Shown: positions 38,284 through 47,826 of the stretch, piece by piece | Position numbering within the stretch: the stretch's first letter is position 1 | How the letters are laid out: each line of letters starts with the position of its first letter | NCBI GenBank assembly: GCA_963755025.1 | Contig: CAVWIH010000011.1 | Span: 32,001 to 96,000, forward strand | DNA: 64,000 nt | From: an uncultured Actinomycetes bacterium | GTDB taxonomy: Bacteria > Actinomycetota > Thermoleophilia > UBA2241 | Direction of reading: 5' to 3' | Position numbers and translations under genes: made by a program | Notes under the pieces: model-generated | Database searches by the model: none | What the model was told of the DNA's origin: nothing | The model's input: the letters and a program-made list of their open reading frames with translations, nothing else

Positions 38284-40571
38284 GTCGTGACCCGCTTCTT
38301 GTACTTCTCCTTGGTGGGACAATCGGGATCCAGACAGAGCTGCCACGGTCGCCCGCGGCCGCCCGATTTGAGCACGGTGATCTCGGGCCAACCGCAGCCG
38401 GGGCAGCTGGTCCCCTTGGCGATGATAGCACCCCGCTGAGGCAGCGGGAACGTCTGTCCGCAGCCGCGCCGCGGCCGCGTGCCCTCGGGCGCCCCCTCGG
38501 GCACCTTGGCTTCGTCGCCCTCTTTGCCGACGCAGGCCACGAAGCGCTTGCCGGTCTTGCCGCGCAGCATGCGCAGCTCGCCGCCGCAGGTGGTGCACAC
38601 GCCGAGCGTCATGTCTTCGCGCACGGCGCCCTTGATCTCGGTGCGGATGGCTTCGATGTGGCCCTCGAGCAGCTTGTGGGCCTCGGCCAGCAGCTCCTGG
38701 CTGTCGGCCACCACGCGCTCGCTGGGCAGGTCGCCCAGGGCGATGCGGTCCATCTCTTCTTCGAGCCGGGCGGTCATGTCGGACGAGGAGATGTCGAGCT
38801 GGCCGCTGGGCATGGCGGCGTCGAAGGCGCGGATGACGGCGATGCCGAGCTCGGTCGGCTCGACCGGGTTGTCGCGCACGTAGTTGCGGTCGTAGAGGTG
38901 CTGGATGATGTCGGCGCGCGTCGCCTTGGTGCCCAGGTCGAGCTCCTCCATCTTCTCGATCAGCGGGCCCTGGCCCGCAGCGCGAGGGCGGCTGCGTCTC
39001 CTTGGCGTCGAGGCGCACGCCGAGCACGGCCAGCACGTCGCCCACGGCGGCCTGCGGCAGGGGCCGCTCGCGGTCGGAGGTGTAGGGCTGCCAGGCGCGC
39101 AGGAAGCCGGGCTTGGCGATACGGCTGCCGCGCGCCACGAAGGGCTCGCTGCCGAGCTGCACGTCGAGGCGCTGGCCCTCGATGACGGCCGCCGGCAGCA
39201 GGGTGGCCAGGAAGCGCCGCACGACGAGGTCGTAGACGCGCGCCTGGTCGCCGCGCAGCTCGCCCCTGGGCACGCCGACCGGGTAGATCGGCGGATGGTC
39301 GGTGGTGCGCTTTTTGCCGCGGGTGGGCTTGAGCGTGGCCTGGGCGGCCAGCTCGGCGGCGATCTGCGACACCGGACCGTGGGCGGTCATGGTCTGCAGC
39401 ACGGCGTGCAGGTCGAGCGAGGGCGGGTAGACCGTGTTGTCGGTGCGCGGGATAGCTGATGAGGCCGTCGAGGTACAGCGATTCGGCCGCCTTCATGGCC
39501 CGCGAGGGGGCGATGCCGGCGCCCGAGGCGGCGCTCATGAGCGCCGTGGTGTTGAACGGCGCCGGCGGCGCCAGCGAGCGGGGCGTCGTTGCGTAGGCGG
39601 TCACCTCGGCGGTGTCGGCCTGGGCGCCGGCCAGGGCGGCTTCGGCGGCGTCGGCCGCGGCGAAGCGGCCCTTGGCGTGCTCGACCGTGAAGCGCTCGCC
39701 GCTGGCGGCTTCGAGCTCGGCCTTGATCTCCCAGTAGGGCACCGGCACGAAGGCGCGGCGCTCGAGCTCGCGGTCGACGACGAGACGCAGGGTGGGCGTC
39801 TGCACGCGGCCGATCGACAGGTAGTCGGAGCCGTAGCGGTAGCTCGCCAGCGACATGAAGCGGGTGAGCACGGCGCCCCAGATGAGGTCGATGTCCTGCC
39901 GCGTGTGGGCCGCGTCGGCGAGCTTGAAGTCGAGCGTGTCGAGCTTGGAGAAGGCGCGCTTGACCTCGTCGGGCGTGAGCGCCGAGTAGCGCGCCCGATG
40001 ATGGCGGTCGACGATCGCCGGGGGCCACCGCCGCCTTGAGGCGCACGGCGCCGTCGTCGCCGTCGAGCTCGACCGGCGGCGGCGGGCGGCGTGGGCTTGG
40101 CGCGGGCGGCGGCCGCCGTGCCCTTCTTGGCGCGCTGGCCGGCTTTTCGGGCTTGTCGTGAGGGTGGTGGCGCAGGGCGTCGCCGCGCAAGATGCGCAGC
40201 GCCTCTTCGCCGATCAGCTCGCCCTCGCGGTCGAAGTCGGTGGCCACGATGATCTCGGTGGCGCCCTTGGCCACGGTGCGCAGCGCCGCCACGGTCGAGG
40301 CGCTGGCGCCGTCGACCACCCAGGCGAGGTCGGGCTCGCGGATCATCTGGTCGAGATACTTGAGGCTCCAGCGCCGGTAGGTGTTGGGGAAGGTCGTCTC
40401 CATGACGTGGCCGCGCAGCCCGACCGACACGGTGGGCTTGCCTTCCCACTCGAACGAGTACGACTTGACGCGCTGGCGGCCGCGGCCGTGCTCTTTGACC
40501 TCGACGTTGCCGCCCAGGATCTGGGCGATCTTCTGCGCGGCCGAGTCTTTTTCGGTGACGATGAGTCTCAC
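38280..40571 (-). CDS. topA: Type IA DNA topoisomerase (several frameshifts), archaeal-like signature
   Basis: LIVTEK, ATDFDREGELIG, SIGRVQTPTL, ISYPRTDN (split by indel), DHPPIYP, LGTKATR, C-terminal zinc ribbons. Confidence 0.9.
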
Positions 40572-40695
40572 GGGCAGGGTCCGTCCTTGTCGTTTCTCGA
40601 AGTGAGCCTAGGAATCTTGTACCGCTAGGGTAGCCGACTTGTACCACCGTCACGGGCGACTTGTCGATGGGGCGTGGCGCCTGCGGCGGCCTGGA

Positions 40696-40804
40696 CGCTC
40701 CACGTAATCAAGCTTGCCTGAGCGACGACGACGAAGTCTATCGGCGAACTAGGCGCTCCACGTAGTCAAGCCTGCCTGAGCGACGACGACGAAGTCAATC
40801 GGCG
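40696..40804. repeat. Direct duplication, 51-bp unit at 58-bp period, 3 mismatches
   Basis: CGCTCCACGTA(A/G)TCAAGC(T/C)TGCCTGAGCGACGACGACGAAGTC(T/A)ATCGGCG at 40696 and 40754. Confidence 0.9.
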
Positions 40805-40920
40805 GTCTACGGTATGCCCCGAAGCCGCCAACCTGTCACACGGACCGCTTGCGGCGGCCAGCGGCGAGGCGGCCGCGGACGGCCGGCGCGACCCGTTTCT
40901 GCGGGCCGGCGCGACCGGCG

Positions 40921-41265
40921 TTACAGGCCGGCGAGCGCCGCGTCGCGGGTGTCGAAGATGGTGAGCACCTTGTCGAGGCCGGTGATGTCGAGGATGCGCA
41001 CGACCGGCCGCGAGCCGGCCACGATGGCCAGGCGACCTTCGCGTTCGCGCATGCGCTTGACGCCGCTGATGATCACGCCGAGCGCCGTGGAGTCGATGAA
41101 CGTCACCTGCGAGAGGTCGATCACGATGTCGTGCACCCCCGTTTCGATGAGGGCCACGAGGTCGTCTTTGAAGCGCGGCGCGGTGTACAGGTCGACCTCG
41201 CCGGACAGTTCGATCAGGCCGAGTCGCTCGGAGACCACGGTGCGTTCTGAGGTGAAGTCGGTCAT
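40921..41265 (-). CDS. STAS anti-sigma factor antagonist (BldG/RsbV-like)
   Basis: GEVDLYTAP, VIDLSQVTFIDSTALGV, ILDITGLDKV. Confidence 0.92.
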   Translation of the reverse strand: MTDFTSERTVVSERLGLIELSGEVDLYTAPRFKDDLVALIETGVHDIVIDLSQVTFIDSTALGVIISGVKRMREREGRLAIVAGSRPVVRILDITGLDKVLTIFDTRDAALAGL

Positions 41266-41339
41266 CGTCTTCCTATTCTATCGTGCGTGACGGACGCGTG
41301 GCCGTCGGGTCGCGTGCCGTTGGCCGTGGCGAGCGGCTT

Positions 41340-42005
41340 TCAGGGCGTGGCGCTGGACGACGGCGACGGCGACGCCGACGCCGCTGCCTTGAGCTGGGCG
41401 AGCTCGGTCTTGACCTGCGATGCGTACTGCGAGTTCGGGTCGTGCTTGAGGAACGCGGTGAAGGCCGCGATGGCGCCGGCCGTGTCGTTGGACAGCACGT
41501 CGGTCGAGGCGATGCCCAGGTACGGCGTGGCGTCGCTCGGCTGCAGCTTGAGCAGCTTGTGGTAGACGGCGAGCGCGCTCTTGTAGTCGACGAGCTCGGT
41601 GTAGATCTGGGCCTGGCTCTTGTAGGCGTTGATGCGCAGGCCGGCGGCCGCCGAGCCGAGCGCCGAGTCGGGCAGCGCGATGTAGCGCGAGTAGTAGGAG
41701 AGCGACGTGGTCAGGTCGTTGGTCTGCGCCTGGTCGGGCACGCCGGTCTGCACGCTGCCGCGCGTCTGGTAGGCCTGCGCCGCGCTGAGCAGGGCGACGG
41801 GGTCTTTGGGGCTCTTGGCCAGCGTGGCCGCGGCGGCCTTGATCTGCTTGTCGATGCCGCTGGTGCTGTTGGTGTTCGCCGCCTTGGTGCCGCAGCTCGA
41901 AGCGACTCCCGAATAGCCGAAGATCAGGAAGCCCCCCATGAGCACGGCCATGAAGCCGAAGATGATCTTCTGCCAGAACTTCACGCGTTGGCGGTTGAGA
42001 AGCAT
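41340..42005 (-). CDS. Membrane-anchored tetratricopeptide-repeat protein
   Basis: N-terminal TM; TPR-like helices ending AIAAFTAFLKHDPNS.YA. Confidence 0.7.
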   Translation of the reverse strand: MLLNRQRVKFWQKIIFGFMAVLMGGFLIFGYSGVASSCGTKAANTNSTSGIDKQIKAAAATLAKSPKDPVALLSAAQAYQTRGSVQTGVPDQAQTNDLTTSLSYYSRYIALPDSALGSAAAGLRINAYKSQAQIYTELVDYKSALAVYHKLLKLQPSDATPYLGIASTDVLSNDTAGAIAAFTAFLKHDPNSQYASQVKTELAQLKAAASASPSPSSSATP

Positions 42006-43438
42006 CAGCTCTCCCTCTGGTCTGTCGCTGTCGGTGAATGCCACCAGCCGGATTCGGCGGCGCCGACCCGCACCCTGCCCTCGGCCATGCGGGCCTGCAG
42101 CTTGCCGCGCACGCGGCGGCTTTCGGCGCGGATGGCCAGCCGGTCGAGTCGCAGGAAGTCGCCCTCGCGGTAGAGGGTCTCGCCGGCCACGCAGGTGAAC
42201 AGCACGTCGTCTTGATTGGCGCCGTACACGAGCGCCGAGTAGGGATCGTCGATCGGCAGAAAGTGCGAGCTCGAGACGTCGACGGCGATGAGGTCGGCCT
42301 GTTTGCCGGGCTCGAGCGAGCCGACGCGGTCGTCGAGCCCCAGCGCCTCTGCCCCGCCGAGCGTGGCGATACGGACGCACTGCGCGGCGTTCAGCACGCG
42401 CACGTCGCGTTCGACGCCGCGGTGCAGGAACAGGGCAGTGCGCATCTCGTCGAACATGTCCATGATGTTGCTGGCCGCCGGGCTGTCGGTGCCGAACCCG
42501 ACGCGCACGCCCTGGCGCAGCAGATCGGGCAGCGGCGCTATGCCGCAGCCCGTCTTGGCGTTGCTCTTGGGGCAGTGGGCCACGGCCGCCCGCTTGGCCT
42601 TGAGTATGCGGATGTCGTCGTGGCTGGCGTGCACGCAGTGCACCGCCAGGAAGTTCTCGTCGAACACGCCGAACTGCTGCAGGTACTTGATGGGGCTCAC
42701 GCCGTAGGGCTGGATGAGCATGCGCTCCCAGCCCATCTTCTCGCGGTAGTCGTGGGCGAACTTGCCCGAGCCCGAGCGTATGTAGGTGACCTCTTCTTTG
42801 CTCTCGGCGACGTGGCTGGCGACCTTCATGTGGCGCTCGCGGGCGAAGCCGGCGAGGGTCTGGAAGAGGCGGCTCGAGACGGTGTAGGGCGCGTGCGGCG
42901 CTATGCCTATCTCGAGGCGCGGGCCGGCCAGTTCCTGGGCGCGGGTGAGGCGCTCGCTCAGGTCGGCGATAGTCTCGTCTAAGCGCTTGTCGTCGATGCC
43001 GAAGACCTCGAGGTAGGCCACGCCGCGCAGGCCGGCCTGGGCCGAGGCGGTGAGGGTCTCGCCGGTGTAGGTGGTGTCGGCGATCGTGGTGACCCCCGAG
43101 GCGAGGGCTTCGAGGGCGCCCAGCCGGGCGCTCGCCAGGTATTCGTCGGGCGTGAGCGAGGCCTTGACGTCGATCAGGCTGATGATCCAGTCGCCGAACT
43201 GCTCGTCGTCGAACATGCCGCGAAAGCTGGTGTACTCGAGGTGGCTGTGGGCGTTGACGAAGCCCGGCATGAGCACGGACTGGTCGAAGTCGACCAGATC
43301 GGCGCCGGGGCAGGCGGCGCGCACGTCGTCGAGCGGGCCGACCGCGACGATACGTTCGTCGTCGACCGCCACCGCGCCGTTCCTGACCGGCGGGGCGGTG
43401 ATGGGCAGGAGCCATTCGGCCCGATAGATCGTGGTCAT
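42005..43438 (-). CDS. Amidohydrolase family protein (MTA/SAH deaminase-like)
   Basis: PGFVNAHSH, APHAPYT, HVAES, HCVH, HCPKSN, GFGTD, GSLEPGKQAD. Confidence 0.9.
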   Translation of the reverse strand: MTTIYRAEWLLPITAPPVRNGAVAVDDERIVAVGPLDDVRAACPGADLVDFDQSVLMPGFVNAHSHLEYTSFRGMFDDEQFGDWIISLIDVKASLTPDEYLASARLGALEALASGVTTIADTTYTGETLTASAQAGLRGVAYLEVFGIDDKRLDETIADLSERLTRAQELAGPRLEIGIAPHAPYTVSSRLFQTLAGFARERHMKVASHVAESKEEVTYIRSGSGKFAHDYREKMGWERMLIQPYGVSPIKYLQQFGVFDENFLAVHCVHASHDDIRILKAKRAAVAHCPKSNAKTGCGIAPLPDLLRQGVRVGFGTDSPAASNIMDMFDEMRTALFLHRGVERDVRVLNAAQCVRIATLGGAEALGLDDRVGSLEPGKQADLIAVDVSSSHFLPIDDPYSALVYGANQDDVLFTCVAGETLYREGDFLRLDRLAIRAESRRVRGKLQARMAEGRVRVGAAESGWWHSPTATDQRES

Positions 43439-43695
43439 ATGACGCCGTCCGGAGCTGTAGCGGGTAACGAACGAAGAAATGGCCCGTGGCGCGCGCCCCG
43501 GACCACCAAACCGTGAGTATAGGCGATTGCTCGCGAGCCGCGCAATGAGGGCGGCCCGACGGCATGGACCGCCGTCGAGCACAGGCCGACGGTCCGCACG
43601 CCTGAGCGGCGCACGGACTATAATCGAACCACCGACCAGGGGGCCGGCTCGCCGCCGGCGCCCACACGCGATAGATCGGAAGGCGAGGGCCGCCC

Positions 43696-44043
43696 GTGAC
43701 CGAGAACACCGACAAGAGCTACTCGCCCGAAGTCATCTCGACCTACGTGTGGGACGCGATCAAGGGCCTGCCCGGCCTCGCCGACCTGCACCGCAGCACG
43801 CTGCAGTCGCTCGGCGAACGCGTGCACTTCGAGCGCATGGGGCCTGTGCGCATCGACGAGCACGAAGGGCGTCGCGTGCTCGACCTGCACGTCGTGATCA
43901 CCCCGGCGGCGCGGCTGCCCGAGCTGGTGCCGCAGATGCGCACCGCAGTGCGCTCGTACCTGCACAGCATGACGGGCATCGACGTCGATGCCGTCGAGAT
44001 CCACATCGACGACATCGTCTGGGAACCCACGACGGGCGCGTGA
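43696..44043 (+). CDS. Asp23/Gls24 family envelope stress protein
   Basis: SPEVIS...LDLHVVI...V...L..MTG..V.AVEIHIDDI; TATAAT at 43619-43624 upstream. Confidence 0.75.
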   Translation: MTENTDKSYSPEVISTYVWDAIKGLPGLADLHRSTLQSLGERVHFERMGPVRIDEHEGRRVLDLHVVITPAARLPELVPQMRTAVRSYLHSMTGIDVDAVEIHIDDIVWEPTTGA

Positions 44044-44630
44044 ACTGCGTCGACCTGAGCGCGACCAGCCGCGAGCTGCTGCCCCCGGGTTGCGAGTCGT
44101 GCACGTGGTGGCAGCCGCAGCCCGGGGCGCCGCAGGCGCAGTCGCGCGCCGACTGGGAGGCCGCCGTCGAAGCCGAGGCCGGCATGTTCGGACGCGCGCT
44201 GCTCGACGGCCCCGACGTGCTCGGCTGGATGCAGGTGGTGCCGGCCGCCCTGGTGCGTGGCGGGCTGCCGACCGGCGCGCCCTCGCCCGACTCGTACCTT
44301 CTGGCCTGCGCCTTCTTTTACGACGAGGCCTTTCTGCCCGGCTTTCAGATGCTGCTGCAAGACGTCGTGGCGGCCGTGAAGCTGCGCCGCGTGGTGGCCC
44401 TCGAGGCCTACGGGCTGCGGCACACGAGCCCCGACCAGCGCTTCGTCGGGTACCTCCACGAGCTCAACCTCTTCAACGCTCACGTGTTGGAGGGCAGCGG
44501 CTTCTCGCGGCTGCGCACGTCGGGCCGGGTGGGCCGCTACCGCCTCGAGCTCGAGACCCTGGTGGCGGCGCCGCGGCGCAGCCGCGCCATCGAGCAGCCC
44601 AAGGCGGCGCCGGCGACGATCCCGGCGTAG
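44040..44630 (+). CDS. GNAT-like protein (resembles actinobacterial Rv3916c-type acetyltransferases)
   Basis: LP..C.SCTWWQ, PSPD.YLLAC, ALEAYG, L..SGF, RYRLEL; GTG overlaps upstream TGA. Confidence 0.6.
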   Translation: MNCVDLSATSRELLPPGCESCTWWQPQPGAPQAQSRADWEAAVEAEAGMFGRALLDGPDVLGWMQVVPAALVRGGLPTGAPSPDSYLLACAFFYDEAFLPGFQMLLQDVVAAVKLRRVVALEAYGLRHTSPDQRFVGYLHELNLFNAHVLEGSGFSRLRTSGRVGRYRLELETLVAAPRRSRAIEQPKAAPATIPA

Positions 44631-44690
44631 CGGGCGGAGGGCGGCGACCAGGCGGGCGGCGCGGCGCGCCACGGCGCGGCCGCAGGCGGC

Positions 44691-45908
44691 CTAGCGGAAG
44701 AGTCGCGGCAGGCGCTGCTTCCAGTCGGCGGGCACGATGGCGTCGAGCGCGTCGTCTAAGGTGACGATGCCGATGAGGCGGCCGTCGGCGTCGGTGACCG
44801 GCAGCGCCAGCAGGTCGTACTTGGTCATGAGCCGCCCGACCTCGTCTTCTTCGGTGTCGACCGCGGCGCGCGGCCAGTCGGGGTTCATGAGCGCTTCGAG
44901 GGTCTGCTCGGGGGGCGCCAGCACGAGCTCGGGCAGGCTGAGCGCGCCGGCCAGCCGGCCCTCGCCGTCGACCACGAAGATCGCCGCCAGCGCCGTGTCG
45001 CCGGGCTGCTGCTCGCGGATGCGCACGAGCGCCCCGGCCGCGTCGAGCGCGCCGGGCAGGGCGACGACGTCGGTCGTCATGAGCGCCCCGGCGGAGTGCT
45101 CGGGGTGACTCGCCAGGCCGCGCAGCGCCAGCGCGAGGTCGGCCGGCAGGCGGGCGAGGATCTCTTCGACGATCTCGTCGGGCAGGTCGGCCAGCATGTC
45201 GGCGGCGTCGTCGGGCTCGATGTGCCCTATGACCGCCGCGGCGCGCTCGCGCGGCATCTCGGCCAGGGCCGCCGAAGCGAGCTCTTCGTTCATCTCTTCG
45301 AGGGTGTCGGCGGCCAGCGGCGCGTTCAGGGCGGCCAGCACGGCGGCGCGCTGCCGGGGGCCGACCTGACCGACGATGTCGGCGAGGTCGGCGGGGTGCA
45401 GCTTGGCGATCTCGGTGAAAGCGTCGATGAAGTTGGCCTGCGAGAGGCGCACCGAGATGAGGTTGACGTCGGTCCAGGGCACGAAGTCGCCGGGGCGCGC
45501 CGCCAGGCGGCGCGACAAGAAGCCGAGCCCCATGCGCCGCATGACGGCGCCGCTCGAGGCGTCGACGCCGCCCACCACGAGGGCGTCGTCGCCCACCCGC
45601 AGGACCACGTCCTGCACGCGCACGAACTTGCGACGCTCCACGTCTAAGACCTGGTTGTCGAGCACGGCGTCGACCAGGGCGACCTCGTCGCCCGACACCG
45701 AGGCGGGTTCGAGCTCGCCGACCGCCGCGGTGAGCATGAGGCGGCGGCCGTCGACGTCGATCTCGCCGATCTGCGCCCACGAGGCGCGCAGCTGTTCGTC
45801 GTCGCGCCCCACGATGAAGGCGGTGACCGCGGGGGGCTCGCTCGACAGCGAGGCGAGCACGTCGAGCAGTTCGCCCAAGTCGGCGCCGCTGGCGTCGACG
45901 ACGGTCAT
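44691..45908 (-). CDS. MgtE N-terminal + CBS domain protein (cytosolic magnesium-transporter-associated)
   Basis: LHPADLAD, PDDAAD.LADL, SAGALMTT, KYDLLALPVTD...GIVTLDD. Confidence 0.85.
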   Translation of the reverse strand: MTVVDASGADLGELLDVLASLSSEPPAVTAFIVGRDDEQLRASWAQIGEIDVDGRRLMLTAAVGELEPASVSGDEVALVDAVLDNQVLDVERRKFVRVQDVVLRVGDDALVVGGVDASSGAVMRRMGLGFLSRRLAARPGDFVPWTDVNLISVRLSQANFIDAFTEIAKLHPADLADIVGQVGPRQRAAVLAALNAPLAADTLEEMNEELASAALAEMPRERAAAVIGHIEPDDAADMLADLPDEIVEEILARLPADLALALRGLASHPEHSAGALMTTDVVALPGALDAAGALVRIREQQPGDTALAAIFVVDGEGRLAGALSLPELVLAPPEQTLEALMNPDWPRAAVDTEEDEVGRLMTKYDLLALPVTDADGRLIGIVTLDDALDAIVPADWKQRLPRLFR

Positions 45909-46133
45909 GGCCTCGAGCTCGGAAAGCGCTAATCGGCCGGGGTCGGCATCCACGAACCTGTGGTCGTCCTTTCTTACGCGAACAGCGGGGGAGCCGCTCA
46001 AGATATCGGCGCTCAGGGCGGCTGTCAAACATGGCCGCGGAGGGTCGATTGACCCCCCCCGCCCGGGTCTATTACGCTCCCTCTCCGAGGGATCCGGAGG
46101 GGGTCTCAAAACCAGCAGCACAGGAGGAGTCGC

Positions 46134-47624
46134 ATGTCAGTGGGGTCCGACACCGTCACCCCGGTTCAAGCGCCCGGCGGGGGAGCACTCGAGCGCTTTT
46201 TCAAGTTCAAGACCAATGGGACCACGCTGCGGCGCGACACGATCGCCGGCCTCACGACCTTCATGGTCATGTCGTACATCATCTTCGTGAACCCTTCGAT
46301 CCTGAGTTTCGCCGGCATCCCCAGCCTGGCGCACAAGGGACTGCCGTTCGCCGCCGTGCTCACCTCGACCTGCCTCGTGGCTGCCGGCATGACGCTCTTC
46401 ATGGGCCTCTTCACCAACCGCGCGTACGCCCTGGCGCCCGGCCTCGGCATCAACGCCGTGGTCGCCTTCAGCCTGGTCGCCGCCGGCGGCCTCACCATGC
46501 CGCAGGCTATGGGCATCGTCGTGATGGAAGGCATCGTCATCACGATCCTCGTGCTGACCGGGCTGCGCACGGCCATCTTCAAGGCCATCCCGCTGCAGCT
46601 CAAAAAGGCGATCGCCATCGGCATCGGCTTCTTCATCTTGTTCATCGGCCTGGTCGACGGCGGCGTCGTGATCATCGGCACGCCCTCGAGCACGCCGCTG
46701 CTCCTCGGTAACCTGATCGGCGTGCCGGTGGCAGTCACCATCTTCGGCCTCGTCGTCACCATCATCATGCTGGCGCGCAAGTGGAAGGCTGCCATCCTGC
46801 TGGGCATCCTCTCCTCCACGATCTTCGCCATCATCCTCAACTACGCCTACCACAAGAACCCGTTCGGCACCGAGACCGCCGTCATTCCCCACAAGATCTT
46901 CGCCGCCCCCGACTTCAGCATCGTGGGCCACTTCAGCTTCGGCGCGTTCTCCAAGCTCGGCATCGCCGCCACGATCCTCTGGGTCTTCAGCCTCATGCTG
47001 TCCGACTTCTTCGACACCATGGGCACGCTGATCGGCGTGGGCGGCCAGGCCGGCTACCTCGACAAGAACGGCGACCTCCCGCAGGTCGTGCGGCCCCTGG
47101 TCGTCGACTCCATCGCCGCCATCGCCGGCGGCGTCGTGTCGTCGTCGTCGGCCACCACCTACATCGAGTCGGGCTCGGGCGTGGGCGTCGGCGGACGCAC
47201 CGGCTGGGTCGGGGTGATCGTCGCCCTGCTGTTCGCGGTCGCCATGTTCTTCTCGCCGATCGCCGGCGTGGTGCCCGCTAACGCGACGGCGCCCGCCCTG
47301 ATCATCGTCGGCTACATGATGATGCGCACCCTCACCGAGGGCGAGGGCATGGCCGAGCACGAAGACAGCGGCCACAAGAAGGCCTTCTCGGGCATCGACT
47401 TCTCCGACCTGGCGTTCGGCCTGCCGGCCGTGCTGACCATGACCATCATGCCGCTCACCTACAGCATCACGAACGGCATCGGCGCCGGCTTCATCGCCTA
47501 CGTCATCATCCGCGTCTCGCAGGGCAAGGCCAAGGCCGTGAGCTGGATGATGTACGCGGCCGCCATCGGGTTCCTCATCTACTTCATGTTCCCGTTCATC
47601 CGCCAGGTCTTCAACCTGGGCTGA
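46134..47624 (+). CDS. NCS2 family (AzgA/PbuG-like) purine permease
   Basis: AGLTTF.VMSYI.FVNP, LAPGLG.NA, DFFDTMGT, YIES..G...GGRTG, PLTYSI.NG. Confidence 0.93.
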   Translation: MSVGSDTVTPVQAPGGGALERFFKFKTNGTTLRRDTIAGLTTFMVMSYIIFVNPSILSFAGIPSLAHKGLPFAAVLTSTCLVAAGMTLFMGLFTNRAYALAPGLGINAVVAFSLVAAGGLTMPQAMGIVVMEGIVITILVLTGLRTAIFKAIPLQLKKAIAIGIGFFILFIGLVDGGVVIIGTPSSTPLLLGNLIGVPVAVTIFGLVVTIIMLARKWKAAILLGILSSTIFAIILNYAYHKNPFGTETAVIPHKIFAAPDFSIVGHFSFGAFSKLGIAATILWVFSLMLSDFFDTMGTLIGVGGQAGYLDKNGDLPQVVRPLVVDSIAAIAGGVVSSSSATTYIESGSGVGVGGRTGWVGVIVALLFAVAMFFSPIAGVVPANATAPALIIVGYMMMRTLTEGEGMAEHEDSGHKKAFSGIDFSDLAFGLPAVLTMTIMPLTYSITNGIGAGFIAYVIIRVSQGKAKAVSWMMYAAAIGFLIYFMFPFIRQVFNLG

Positions 47625-47645
47625 CCTTCGCGCGGTAGCACCGAC

Positions 47646-47691
47646 GCGGAGGGCGGGGCGGCCTGGCGGCCGCCCCGCCCTCCGCTTTTTT
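47646..47691 (+). terminator. Intrinsic terminator
   Basis: 18-bp stem GCGGAGGGCGGGGCGGCC/GGCCGCCCCGCCCTCCGC followed by TTTTTT. Confidence 0.9.
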
Positions 47692-47704
47692 GTCGGGGCT
47701 CTCC

Positions 47705-47784
47705 CCCGCCGCCGCCTCGGCGACCGCCCGTACGGCCGCTCGGTAAGCGCCTCCCGCCGCCGCCTCGGCGACCGCCCGTACGGC
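47705..47784. repeat. 32-bp direct repeat x2 (48-bp period)
   Basis: CCCGCCGCCGCCTCGGCGACCGCCCGTACGGC at 47705 and 47753. Confidence 0.85.
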
Positions 47785-47826
47785 GACGCCGGGGGCCCGC
47801 GGACGACGTGGTAAGCTCCCCGGACC

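Noticed and set aside
37489-39402. Apparent TopA-Tmk fusion ORF (637 aa)
   Set aside because: The middle of the ORF is out-of-frame TopA sequence; TopA ends at its own stop at 38280
46020-46133. Purine riboswitch upstream of the NCS2 permease
   Set aside because: No purine-riboswitch core; only a TTGACC...TACGCT promoter-like sequence and one short hairpin, with too short a leader
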